In this document: positions 17,277-26,111 of the stretch, piece after piece | How positions within the stretch are numbered: the first letter of the stretch is position 1 | Layout: each line of letters opens with the position of its first letter | Assembly: GCA_900549285.1 (NCBI GenBank) | Contig: URNW01000001.1 | Coordinates: 32,252-96,251 of the forward strand | DNA from: an uncultured Mycoplasmatota bacterium | Lineage (GTDB): Bacteria; Bacillota_I; Bacilli_A; RF39; UBA660 | Direction: 5' to 3' | DNA: 64,000 nt | Program-made: the position numbers and the translations under genes | The notes under the pieces: generated by a model | Told to the model about the DNA's origin: nothing | Databases searched by the model: none | The model's input: the letters and a program-made list of their open reading frames with translations, nothing else

Positions 17277-18566
17277 ATGATTGATATCAAATTAATTAGA
17301 GAAGAAAAAGAATTAGTAAAAGAAAATATTAAAAAGAAATTTCAAGATGAAAAACTCCCTTTAGTAGATGAAATTTATGAGCTAGATATGAAGTATCGTA
17401 ATACTAAAAAAGAGGCAGATGATTTAAGAAATAAGAAAAATAAATTAAGCGATCAAATAGGCATTATGATGCGTGAAGGAAAACTAGAAGAAGCAAAAAA
17501 AATAAAGGAAGAGGTAGGAGCAATTTCCTTTAAAATTGCTAATTTAGAAGCAGAAGAAGAAAAACTAGAAAATACAATTAAAGAAAAGATGATGATGATT
17601 CCTCAAATGATTGATGATTCTGTTCCAATTGGCAAAGATGATTCTGAAAACGTAGAGTTAGAGCGTTTTGGAGAGCCACTAGTACCAGAATATGAGATCC
17701 CTTATCATGCTGACATCTGTGAATCTTTAAATGGGTTAGATAAAGAAGCTGCAGGAAGAACAAGCGGAAATGGTTTTTATTTTTTAACTGGAGATATTGC
17801 TAGACTTCATAGTGCTATGTTAGCATACGCTAGAGATTTTATGATAGATAAAGGATTTACCTATTGTATTCCGCCTTTTATGATAAGAAGTGATGTTGTA
17901 AATGGTGTAATGTCTTTTGCTGAAATGGATGCTATGATGTATAAAATAGAAGGAGAAGATTTATTTTTAATTGGTACAAGTGAACATTCAATGATTGGTA
18001 GATTTAAGGGGGAACTTGTAAAAGAAAGTGAACTTCCAATTACATTAACTTCTTATTCTCCATGTTTTAGAAAAGAAGTAGGAGCTCATGGTTTAGAAGA
18101 AAGAGGATTATACCGAGTTCATCAATTTGAAAAAGAAGAAATGGTTGTAATCTGTAAACCAGAAGAAGCAATGGATTGGTATAACAAAATGTGGAAATAT
18201 ACTGTAGAATTCTTTAGAAGCCTAGATATACCAGTAAGAACATTAGAATGTTGTAGTGGTGATTTAGCAGATCTAAAAGTAAAATCATGTGATGTAGAAG
18301 CATGGAGCCCAAGACAACTTAAATATTTTGAAGTAGGTTCATGTTCAACACTTGGTGAAGCTCAAGCAAGACGTCTTGGAATTCGAATGAAAACAGAACA
18401 GGGAAATAAATACGTAGCAACTCTAAACAATACAGTTTTAGCAACACCAAGAGGCTTAATAGCCTTTTTAGAAAATAATTACCAAAAAGATGGAAGTATC
18501 AAGATTCCTAAAGCCTTACAACCATATATGGGTGGAAAAGATAAGATTGAAAAGAAACACATATGA
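17277..18566 (+). CDS. serS: Serine--tRNA ligase.
   Basis: N-terminal coiled coil plus class II core. 429 aa. Confidence 0.9.
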   Translation: MIDIKLIREEKELVKENIKKKFQDEKLPLVDEIYELDMKYRNTKKEADDLRNKKNKLSDQIGIMMREGKLEEAKKIKEEVGAISFKIANLEAEEEKLENTIKEKMMMIPQMIDDSVPIGKDDSENVELERFGEPLVPEYEIPYHADICESLNGLDKEAAGRTSGNGFYFLTGDIARLHSAMLAYARDFMIDKGFTYCIPPFMIRSDVVNGVMSFAEMDAMMYKIEGEDLFLIGTSEHSMIGRFKGELVKESELPITLTSYSPCFRKEVGAHGLEERGLYRVHQFEKEEMVVICKPEEAMDWYNKMWKYTVEFFRSLDIPVRTLECCSGDLADLKVKSCDVEAWSPRQLKYFEVGSCSTLGEAQARRLGIRMKTEQGNKYVATLNNTVLATPRGLIAFLENNYQKDGSIKIPKALQPYMGGKDKIEKKHI

Positions 18567-19009
18567 AATCAATTATAATAAAAAAAGATAATGATTTAAA
18601 AGCTTTAAAATTTGTTTTATATTATTTACACCAGTATAATCGTGCCCATTGTGATTATATCAAAAATAATTCTAACCAAGAGCATAATAACAAAATAAAT
18701 GGTGATTTTATTATTTATGATAAAGATAAAATAATAGGAGGAGCGATAGGATATATCAGATTTAAATGGTATTTTCTTACGGATTTATATTTAGAAGAAG
18801 AATATAGAAAAAATGAGTTGGGAACAAAAATTTTAATGGAAGTTGAAAAATTTGCTAAAGAACAAAAAGCTTTAGGGATAAGAGTAGAATCATGGGATTT
18901 TCAAGCACCTAAATTTTATCAAAAATTAGGATATCAAGTTTATGCAATTTTTGAAGATTGTCCACCTGGAACAAAAGAATATTTATTATATAAAAAATTT
19001 GAGAATTAA
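18563..19009 (+). CDS. GNAT-family N-acetyltransferase.
   Basis: GNAT fold motifs in 148 aa. 4-nt overlap with serS. Confidence 0.75.
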   Translation: MKSIIIKKDNDLKALKFVLYYLHQYNRAHCDYIKNNSNQEHNNKINGDFIIYDKDKIIGGAIGYIRFKWYFLTDLYLEEEYRKNELGTKILMEVEKFAKEQKALGIRVESWDFQAPKFYQKLGYQVYAIFEDCPPGTKEYLLYKKFEN

Positions 19010-19085
19010 AATCTTGATATTGTTAAGTAGATTATAGGAAATCTGCTTTTTCTATGTTATAATAGCAATAGAAAGTGAGGAAAGT

Positions 19086-19526
19086 ATGAGAAAAGTAGGA
19101 CTATTATTAGCTATGTTTATTATGATAGGCTCAAGTGGTTGTACAATTACGAACAAAAAAGACACACTAGAAGAACAAGAAAATGTATTAAGTCAATTTA
19201 AAGAAGAGATACAAAATACAGAAAAAGTTGTTTTAGCATTTCATAACGATAATGGCGATATTTTAGGATTAGATGGTTGGACTTATAAAGAAAAGCAAGT
19301 AATTACCAATGAAGAGACTATCACTAAAATAATTGATATAATAGAAAAATCTACCGTAACTAATGCTATAACAGATGACTATATTGGAAAGCTAATCCAG
19401 TTTTATGATGAAGATAATCAATTAATCGCTGAATATGAAGGGCATTATTTAATAAATAAAGACCATTCTATAGGAATAAACCTAGATAAAAACTTTAATT
19501 CCTTATTGTACTTATTTGAACAATAA
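19086..19526 (+). CDS. Lipoprotein.
   Basis: Signal peptide with lipobox (MRKVGLLLAMFIMIGSSGC). Confidence 0.6.
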   Translation: MRKVGLLLAMFIMIGSSGCTITNKKDTLEEQENVLSQFKEEIQNTEKVVLAFHNDNGDILGLDGWTYKEKQVITNEETITKIIDIIEKSTVTNAITDDYIGKLIQFYDEDNQLIAEYEGHYLINKDHSIGINLDKNFNSLLYLFEQ

Positions 19527-19618
19527 AAATAAGAATTAAACTTTAAATTTAGCAATGTTAATAAGTTTGGTTATATGAACGATTATCAATTATATAATAA
19601 AATGAAAAGGAGCAAAAA

Positions 19619-19927
19619 ATGAAGAAGAATATTATTTTATTTATGATAAGCTTATTAGAAATATATTTAATTTTAAGCTTTTTTGTACCTCCTTTAAAAG
19701 TTGGTTTGATCGCTTCTCCATCAGAATATTTTTTAGCCAACATTACAGAAAGATGGGTCTTTAAATTTATAATTTCTCTAATATTATCTTTTATAGTAAT
19801 TATAATCAATAAAAAATTAATAAATACTAAAAAAAGGGAAAATATAATGAAAATAATATTAATGATCATATTGATTATAACGATTATAATAATTATAAAT
19901 GATTGTAGTAAAGCAATGTGGTTTTAA
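19619..19927 (+). CDS. Small membrane protein.
   Basis: RBS AAAAGGAG upstream. Three predicted TM segments. Preferred over the antisense ORF 19558-19869. Confidence 0.4.
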   Translation: MKKNIILFMISLLEIYLILSFFVPPLKVGLIASPSEYFLANITERWVFKFIISLILSFIVIIINKKLINTKKRENIMKIILMIILIITIIIIINDCSKAMWF

Positions 19928-19991
19928 AAATTAAATAATGAATGAAACCTTGACTAATTATGAAAAATATGGTTTAGTAAAGATAGAAAGG

Positions 19992-20741
19992 ATGAGAAAA
20001 ATGATAGAAGGAAAAGTAGCTGTAGTTACAGGAGGAACAAGAGGAATTGGTTTTGAAATAGTAAGGAAATTTTTAAATAATGGGGCAAAAGTCGCATTAT
20101 TTGGTTCAAAAAAGGAAAGTATAGAAGAAGCATTAAACAAATTACAACAAGAAAATAAAGATTTTAAAGTAATAGGGTTTTATCCAAATCTAACAGATGA
20201 ATTGGAAGTAAGAAATACATTCAAAGAATTAGCGAGTAAATTTGGTAAAATTGATATTTTAGTCAATAACGCAGGAATGTCTTCAAGTACTAAAATAGAG
20301 GAATATACAATAGAAGAATATGATAAAATCAGTAATATAAATATGAAAGGAGTATTTGTTTGTTCAAAAGAAATAGTTCCATATTTAAAAGAAACAAAAG
20401 GTTGTATTATCAATATTTCATCTATGGTAAGTATTTATGGTCAACCTGCTGGATGTGTATATCCAATGTCTAAATTTGCTGTGAATGGACTTACAAAATC
20501 ATTATCAAGAGAATTAGCACCTTTTCAAATAAGAGTAAATGCAGTAGCCCCAGGAATCATGAAAACAGATATGGTCGCAAAACTACCAAAAGAAATGATT
20601 GATCCTTTAATAAATCAAATACCTTTAGGAAGGATAGGAATACCTGAAGATATCGCGAATGCTTGTTTATTTTTAGCAAGTGATATGGCAAGTTATATAA
20701 CAGGAGAAATCATGCAAGTAGATGGTGGAGCTAGAAGTTAA
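19992..20741 (+). CDS. SDR-family oxidoreductase (FabG-like).
   Basis: TGGTRGIG cofactor motif, NNAG, YxxxK-type active site. Confidence 0.8.
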   Translation: MRKMIEGKVAVVTGGTRGIGFEIVRKFLNNGAKVALFGSKKESIEEALNKLQQENKDFKVIGFYPNLTDELEVRNTFKELASKFGKIDILVNNAGMSSSTKIEEYTIEEYDKISNINMKGVFVCSKEIVPYLKETKGCIINISSMVSIYGQPAGCVYPMSKFAVNGLTKSLSRELAPFQIRVNAVAPGIMKTDMVAKLPKEMIDPLINQIPLGRIGIPEDIANACLFLASDMASYITGEIMQVDGGARS

Positions 20742-20746
20742 CAACA

Positions 20747-21337
20747 ATGAATATAGGAATAGATATTGATGGTGTATTAACAAATGATGATGAATATATG
20801 GTAAGTACATTAGATAGGTTTATTTATGAAAATCATTTAGAAGATCATAAAAATTTTAATGCTTATGAGTATAATAAAGTAAATTGGGATCAATCCCATT
20901 TATCAAAATATGTTGATCAATATTTTTGGAACTATGGTAAAAAAGAACCAGCCCGAAAATATGCAAGTGAAGTAATAAAAAAGCTAAAAGAGGATGGAAA
21001 TAAAATATATATTATAACTTCAAGACGTTATACAACAGAAAATACTAAAAACGGAAAAAAAGAGCGGGCAATAGTAAAAAAGTGGTTAAAAAAACAAAAG
21101 ATCTTTTATGATCAATTATATTTTTCTAAAGATAAAGTAGAAGAAATTAATAAGCTAAAAATTGATATTATGGTGGAAGATAGTCCCGAAACAATTCCTA
21201 TTTTTGTTAAACACACTCATGTACTATGCTTTGATTGTCGTTATAATAAACATTTAAATTTAGATAATATGACTAGAGTTTTTAGTTGGTATGATATATA
21301 TATGAAAATTTCCAAAAAGAAAGAGGGCACTGAATAA
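20747..21337 (+). CDS. HAD-superfamily 5'(3')-deoxyribonucleotidase-like protein.
   Basis: N-terminal motif GIDIDGVL (DxDG). Confidence 0.6.
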   Translation: MNIGIDIDGVLTNDDEYMVSTLDRFIYENHLEDHKNFNAYEYNKVNWDQSHLSKYVDQYFWNYGKKEPARKYASEVIKKLKEDGNKIYIITSRRYTTENTKNGKKERAIVKKWLKKQKIFYDQLYFSKDKVEEINKLKIDIMVEDSPETIPIFVKHTHVLCFDCRYNKHLNLDNMTRVFSWYDIYMKISKKKEGTE

Positions 21338-21349
21338 TTTTTAAAAATT

Positions 21350-21709
21350 ATGAAACAGACAGAAGAAATATTATATGCCTTATCAAAATCCCACTTTAGA
21401 AGCAGTTTTCATTTAAAAGAAAAAGATAAAGAATATATAAAACAAAAAGGAATAGATAAAATTGAAAATCATGCTTATGAATTTCTAAGAAAGAGGCTTG
21501 CTCCAGCCTATATTCCCAATGATGGTAAGCAAACGCCCATGAGAGGACACCCTGTTTTTATAGCACAGCACGCAACCTCGACTTGTTGTCGAAATTGTTT
21601 ATATAAATGGTATCGAATTCCTAAAGGACGGGATTTAACAGAAAAAGAAATAACACTTTTAATTACAGTAATAATGGCATGGATTAAAAAAGAATTAATA
21701 AACCAATGA
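21350..21709 (+). CDS. DUF4186-like protein.
   Basis: Conserved CCRNCLYKWY segment. Confidence 0.5.
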   Translation: MKQTEEILYALSKSHFRSSFHLKEKDKEYIKQKGIDKIENHAYEFLRKRLAPAYIPNDGKQTPMRGHPVFIAQHATSTCCRNCLYKWYRIPKGRDLTEKEITLLITVIMAWIKKELINQ

Positions 21710-21761
21710 TATCTGTGCCTTTAAAAAAACAATAAAAAGGGGAAAAATAGGAGGAAAATAA

Positions 21762-22409
21762 ATGATTTGTACAAGTAGTCATAATAATTGGCAATCAGAT
21801 AAGTTTAAAACTTATGCTATTTCTGGTAATCGTGGGAAAGATGTTAATTATCATGGATATGGTTATCCCAAATTAGCCCCAAAGTTATCTTTTTGGAAAA
21901 TATGGCATGATAATATCGGTAAAATTTCTGAGGAAGAAAATAATAAATATTATGTTGAGGAGTATTGGAATCAAGTATTATCGAAACTAGATCCAGAGCA
22001 AGTTTATAAAGAGTTGGATAATTCTATCTTGCTTTGCTATGAAACAAATACTGAATTTTGTCATAGGCATATTGTTGCGGCATGGTTTGAGTTATTATTA
22101 GGTGTAGAGATTCCTGAGGCGAAAGCAAAGGATTATGAAATTGAATATAATATTGAAAGACCAGAATATATTAAAGAGTATTTAGAAGAAGTAATCAAAA
22201 AGGGCAGAAATATGCGTGGCTTTAAATCTCTAAGAGCTTTGTATCTATTTGAAAAAGGAGAAAAATTAGAAATATTAGCAGATGAATTAGAATTTAAAAC
22301 GAAAAAAAATTATGATAATTATCGCCAACACGCTTGTTTTTTAAGATGTGATGCTGATATGGAAGAAGAAAATTATAATAAGCAATGTAGAAAAAGAAAG
22401 ACTCGTTAA
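21762..22409 (+). CDS. DUF488 (YeaO-like) family protein.
   Basis: N-terminal GNRG..., LLCYETNTEFCHRHIVAAWF resembles YeaO LLYSAKNTTQNHALVLADWL. Confidence 0.4.
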   Translation: MICTSSHNNWQSDKFKTYAISGNRGKDVNYHGYGYPKLAPKLSFWKIWHDNIGKISEEENNKYYVEEYWNQVLSKLDPEQVYKELDNSILLCYETNTEFCHRHIVAAWFELLLGVEIPEAKAKDYEIEYNIERPEYIKEYLEEVIKKGRNMRGFKSLRALYLFEKGEKLEILADELEFKTKKNYDNYRQHACFLRCDADMEEENYNKQCRKRKTR

Positions 22410-22491
22410 ATAGTAACGAGTTTTTGTTTTAATTAAAAAAATGATAGTATTTAAAAGACGAATCTTGTATAATAATATTTGAGGTGCAAAT

Positions 22492-22731
22492 ATGTTAAAA
22501 TTAAAAAATGTTACCCAAAAATTCACAAAAATAAACAAATCAAAAGAAAAGATCAAATTTTATGCTAATAATGGAATAAATCTAGAAATTTATGATAAAA
22601 AAATGATAGGATTAGGTCCAAATAGTGTTTCTAAATCCACTTTTCTGTGCATTATCACTGCCGTATTAAAAAATATAAAAATGAGAAAGTATTATTTGAC
22701 GAATGGAAGAGTTAAAAATAATTTTAAATAA
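22492..22731 (+). pseudogene. N-terminal fragment of an ABC transporter ATP-binding protein (truncated).
   Basis: 79 aa with degenerate Walker A GPNSVSKST. Ends after about 75 residues. Confidence 0.35.
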
Positions 22732-23347
22732 TGAAGCAGTTAAGATAAGGATTATTTATAAAAATAATAAAAATATTTACTTTCGTTTTAATGACCAAAA
22801 TGAATTAGTTGTAACTGTTCACCCTAGAATAAGCACTAAAAAAATATTAAAACTGATAAAAGAAAATGAAAAGTCTTTATCGAAAATGTATATGCGTACT
22901 AAAAATAAACAAGTTGGAAAAGATGAGATAAGAATTTTAGGTTTAAAATATGATATAATAATAAGTGAAAATTATCAAGATGTTACTTTTGATAATGGTA
23001 TTATTTATGTGAATAATAAAAATGATTTAGATAAATATATGAGCGATTTGACTAGAAAAATATTAAAGGAAGAAATAAATAAAGTTTTAAAAATAATGCC
23101 AAATATTCCTGAATTTACATTAAAAATACGTAAAATGAAGACTAGATGGGGTGTTTGTAATTATGTGAAAAAAATAGTTACATTGAATTCAGAGTTAATA
23201 AAATATGAAAGAAATATTATTGATTATGTAATTATACACGAATTTTGTCATTTTACTTATCATGATCATAGCACTTCTTTTTGGAGGCTTGTCAGTATGT
23301 ATTATCCAGAATATAAAAAAGCAAGAAAGGAATTAAGAGAACAATGA
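22703..23347 (+). CDS. YgjP-like (DUF45/M48-like) metal-dependent hydrolase.
   Basis: HExxH-type motif IIHEFCH near the C-terminus. Confidence 0.7.
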   Translation: MEELKIILNNEAVKIRIIYKNNKNIYFRFNDQNELVVTVHPRISTKKILKLIKENEKSLSKMYMRTKNKQVGKDEIRILGLKYDIIISENYQDVTFDNGIIYVNNKNDLDKYMSDLTRKILKEEINKVLKIMPNIPEFTLKIRKMKTRWGVCNYVKKIVTLNSELIKYERNIIDYVIIHEFCHFTYHDHSTSFWRLVSMYYPEYKKARKELREQ

Positions 23348-24084
23348 AAATAGAATCTTTGAACAATAGTAAAGTTAAAAATTGGGCGAAATTAAAAGAA
23401 AAAAAATATCGAGATGAAACAAATCTATTTCTTGTAGAAGGGGATCATTTATTAAATAGTGCGGTAGTAAAAAAAAGGGTAGTAGAGATAATATCAACAG
23501 ACGAAACAATGGAAATACCAGGGATCCCATTTTATTTAGTAACGGACTGTATTATGAAAAAGTTGTCAAGTCAAGTAAGTAGTACTAAAGTAATTGGTGT
23601 TTGTAAAAAAAATGAAACACAAGAAATAACTGGTAATGTTTGCTTGCTAGATAACATTCAAGATCCAGGAAATCTTGGAACAATTATTAGAAGTGCAGTT
23701 GCCTTTCATATTGATACTTTAATCCTTAGTAATGATACGGTAGATGTATACAATGATAAGGTAATTAGAGCTAGTGAAGGGATGATCTTTAATCTTAATA
23801 TAATCCGTGCTGATTTAATGAATATCATAAAAGAGCTAAAGAAAAAAAATTATCAAGTTTATGGAACTGATGTATTAAATGGATTAGATTTAAATGAGAT
23901 AATCTTTCCTGAGAAAACAGCTATTATTATAGGCAACGAAGGAAGAGGAATGAAAGAAACTATAAAAAAAGAGTGTGATCAACTAATTCATATTAAAATC
24001 AATTGTGAAAGCTTAAATGCTGGAGTAGCTGCTAGTATTATATTTTATGAGGTGAGTAAGAATGGATACAATAAAACTAAATAA
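23344..24084 (+). CDS. TrmH/SpoU-family RNA 2'-O-methyltransferase.
   Basis: SpoU motifs (LLDNIQDPGNLGTIIRSA, IGNEGRGM). Confidence 0.8.
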   Translation: MKIESLNNSKVKNWAKLKEKKYRDETNLFLVEGDHLLNSAVVKKRVVEIISTDETMEIPGIPFYLVTDCIMKKLSSQVSSTKVIGVCKKNETQEITGNVCLLDNIQDPGNLGTIIRSAVAFHIDTLILSNDTVDVYNDKVIRASEGMIFNLNIIRADLMNIIKELKKKNYQVYGTDVLNGLDLNEIIFPEKTAIIIGNEGRGMKETIKKECDQLIHIKINCESLNAGVAASIIFYEVSKNGYNKTK

Positions 24085-24403
24085 GGAAGAGGCAGATGCT
24101 TATGTTTTAAGTATTTTAAAAGAAAACATAGATTGTACAGATGAACTTTGCCTTAAAACAGATTGTAGTAATAATAAATTACATTATCAATTAGAAGATG
24201 AATCATTATATCATGGTAGTTCTGTTAAACGTATCACGCCTTTAACATATTTAGAATACATAGCACTATTAAAGAATGCTTTATCAAAAAAGGGATATGT
24301 TCATATATTTATAAAGCCAATTATAAAAAAGGATTCTCTAAGATATGAAGTATCCTTCCGTCTCTTGGAAAATAGATCACTTAAACGAAGGAGAAGAAAA
24401 TGA
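24062..24403 (+). CDS. Hypothetical protein (113 aa).
   Basis: ORF in operon context. No recognisable motif. Confidence 0.4.
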   Translation: MDTIKLNKEEADAYVLSILKENIDCTDELCLKTDCSNNKLHYQLEDESLYHGSSVKRITPLTYLEYIALLKNALSKKGYVHIFIKPIIKKDSLRYEVSFRLLENRSLKRRRRK

Positions 24404-24891
24404 ATTGGATATATATTGGAAAAATAGTAAATACTCACGGAATTAAAGGAGAAGTAAGACTTCTTAGTAATTTTTCAAAAAAAGCTCTTGTTTTTAAAAA
24501 AGATTTTAAAATATACATTGGTGAAGAAAAAGAAGAAGAAATAATTAATACATATCGTCCTCATAAACAATTTGATATGCTTACTTTTCAAGGGATAAAT
24601 GATATAAACAAAGTATTAAAATATAAAGGAAAAAAAGTGTATATGAATAGAGAAGATTTATTTTTAGAAGAAAATGAGTTTTTATTAGAAGATCTAATTG
24701 GAATGAAAATCATATGTAATAATGAATCTTTAGGAAGTGTTCATGATATAATAGATAATAAAGCAGGAAAATTATTACAAATAACATTTGCAAAAAATTA
24801 TTATATTCCTTATAATAATTATTATATAAAAAAAGTAAATTTAAAAACAAAAGAAATTTATACTGAAAATATTAAGGATTTGATATTATGA
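24400..24891 (+). CDS. rimM: 16S rRNA processing protein RimM.
   Basis: N-terminal IGKIVNTHGIKGEVRL motif. Confidence 0.8.
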   Translation: MNWIYIGKIVNTHGIKGEVRLLSNFSKKALVFKKDFKIYIGEEKEEEIINTYRPHKQFDMLTFQGINDINKVLKYKGKKVYMNREDLFLEENEFLLEDLIGMKIICNNESLGSVHDIIDNKAGKLLQITFAKNYYIPYNNYYIKKVNLKTKEIYTENIKDLIL

Positions 24892-25553
24892 GAATTGATA
24901 TATTAACACTTTTTCCTAAAATGTTAGAAGGTTTTATTACTGAAAGTATAATTAAAAGAGCAATTGAAAAAGGATTAGTAAAAATAAATATAATAAATAT
25001 TCGCGATTTTACTTTATTAAAGAATAATCAGGTAGATGACACTCCTTATGGAGGCGGAAGTGGAATGGTTTTAATGTGTGAACCAGTGGTAAGAGCGATT
25101 GAATCAGTAAAAACAGAACAATCATTAGTATATTTAATGTCTCCGAGCGGGAAAACGTTTCATGATAAACTAGCTGAAGAAATCTATAATAAGACAAAAC
25201 ATTTAATTTTAGTATGTGGTCATTATGAAGGATTTGATGAAAGAATAAAGAATTTTGTAGATGGTGAAATTAGTATAGGAGATTATATTTTAACAGGAGG
25301 AGAGATACCTGCCATGGCTATCACAGACTGTATCACAAGATTTATACCAGGAGTGATAGATACAGAATCTTTTAAAAATGAGTCATTTAAAGAAAATTTA
25401 TTAGATTATCCCGTATATACAAAGCCAAGAGATTTTCGTGGATTTAAAGTACCAGAAGTCCTATTAAATGGAGATCATAAAAAAATAGCTGAATATCGTC
25501 GAAATGAACAGATAAGAATAACCAAAGAAAAAAGACCAGATTTATTAAAGTAG
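24888..25553 (+). CDS. trmD: tRNA (guanine37-N1)-methyltransferase.
   Basis: MRIDILTLFP start plus the SPOUT core. Confidence 0.9.
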   Translation: MRIDILTLFPKMLEGFITESIIKRAIEKGLVKINIINIRDFTLLKNNQVDDTPYGGGSGMVLMCEPVVRAIESVKTEQSLVYLMSPSGKTFHDKLAEEIYNKTKHLILVCGHYEGFDERIKNFVDGEISIGDYILTGGEIPAMAITDCITRFIPGVIDTESFKNESFKENLLDYPVYTKPRDFRGFKVPEVLLNGDHKKIAEYRRNEQIRITKEKRPDLLK

Positions 25554-25560
25554 GTGAGTT

Positions 25561-26007
25561 ATGAAAAGTTATTGTTTGAAAAAATTAGATTCTAATTATG
25601 AATTAGAAAATTTTGATTATAATATCAAGGGATTTTATTATCGAATAAAACCAAATAGAGGAAATATTTTAAAAATAAAAGAAGTAGTAATTGTAAATCC
25701 AGAGATTATATCAAATTTAATTTGTCATAACTTTAACAAAAAATATCAAAAAATAGTAGAATATTTTTTTAATAATAGTGATTTTGATGATGATACAACA
25801 GGAACGAATCTTATGATGGCTTTAGACGAAGTAACAAGATTAAGAACAATTATAATTAATAAATATCATTCTTTTTTAAAACGGCAAAAAGAAGAGGAAT
25901 TACTAAAAAAATTAAAATTTTTAGAAAACGAATTACGCGTAAAAATTATAGATTATAAACTGATTAGAGAGCAAGAATTAAATAAAGAAAAAAATAAAAG
26001 TAGATAG
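25561..26007 (+). CDS. Hypothetical protein (148 aa).
   Basis: ORF follows trmD. No recognisable motif. Confidence 0.45.
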   Translation: MKSYCLKKLDSNYELENFDYNIKGFYYRIKPNRGNILKIKEVVIVNPEIISNLICHNFNKKYQKIVEYFFNNSDFDDDTTGTNLMMALDEVTRLRTIIINKYHSFLKRQKEEELLKKLKFLENELRVKIIDYKLIREQELNKEKNKSR

Positions 26008-26026
26008 TTTATATACAGTTATAAAA

Positions 26027-26065
26027 AATGTAGATACTTAAAAATTGTAATCTACATTTTTTTAT
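26027..26065 (+). terminator. Rho-independent terminator.
   Basis: AATGTAGAT, 14-nt loop, ATCTACATT, then TTTTTTT. Confidence 0.55.
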
Positions 26066-26111
26066 ATAATTTTTAAATAAAAATTAAAAATAAAACTAAA
26101 ATCAAGTATAT

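Noticed and set aside
19558-19869. Minus-strand 103-aa ORF overlapping the plus-strand small membrane protein ORF.
   Set aside because: The plus-strand ORF has an RBS (AAAAGGAG) and a coherent TM pattern. The minus ORF lacks an RBS and is probably an artefact of AT-rich sequence. Kept the plus call, with low confidence.
22492-22731. Considered the 79-aa ORF as a small regulatory protein.
   Set aside because: The sequence is clearly the N-terminal Walker-A region of an ABC ATPase, truncated after about 75 residues. Better explained as a gene fragment.
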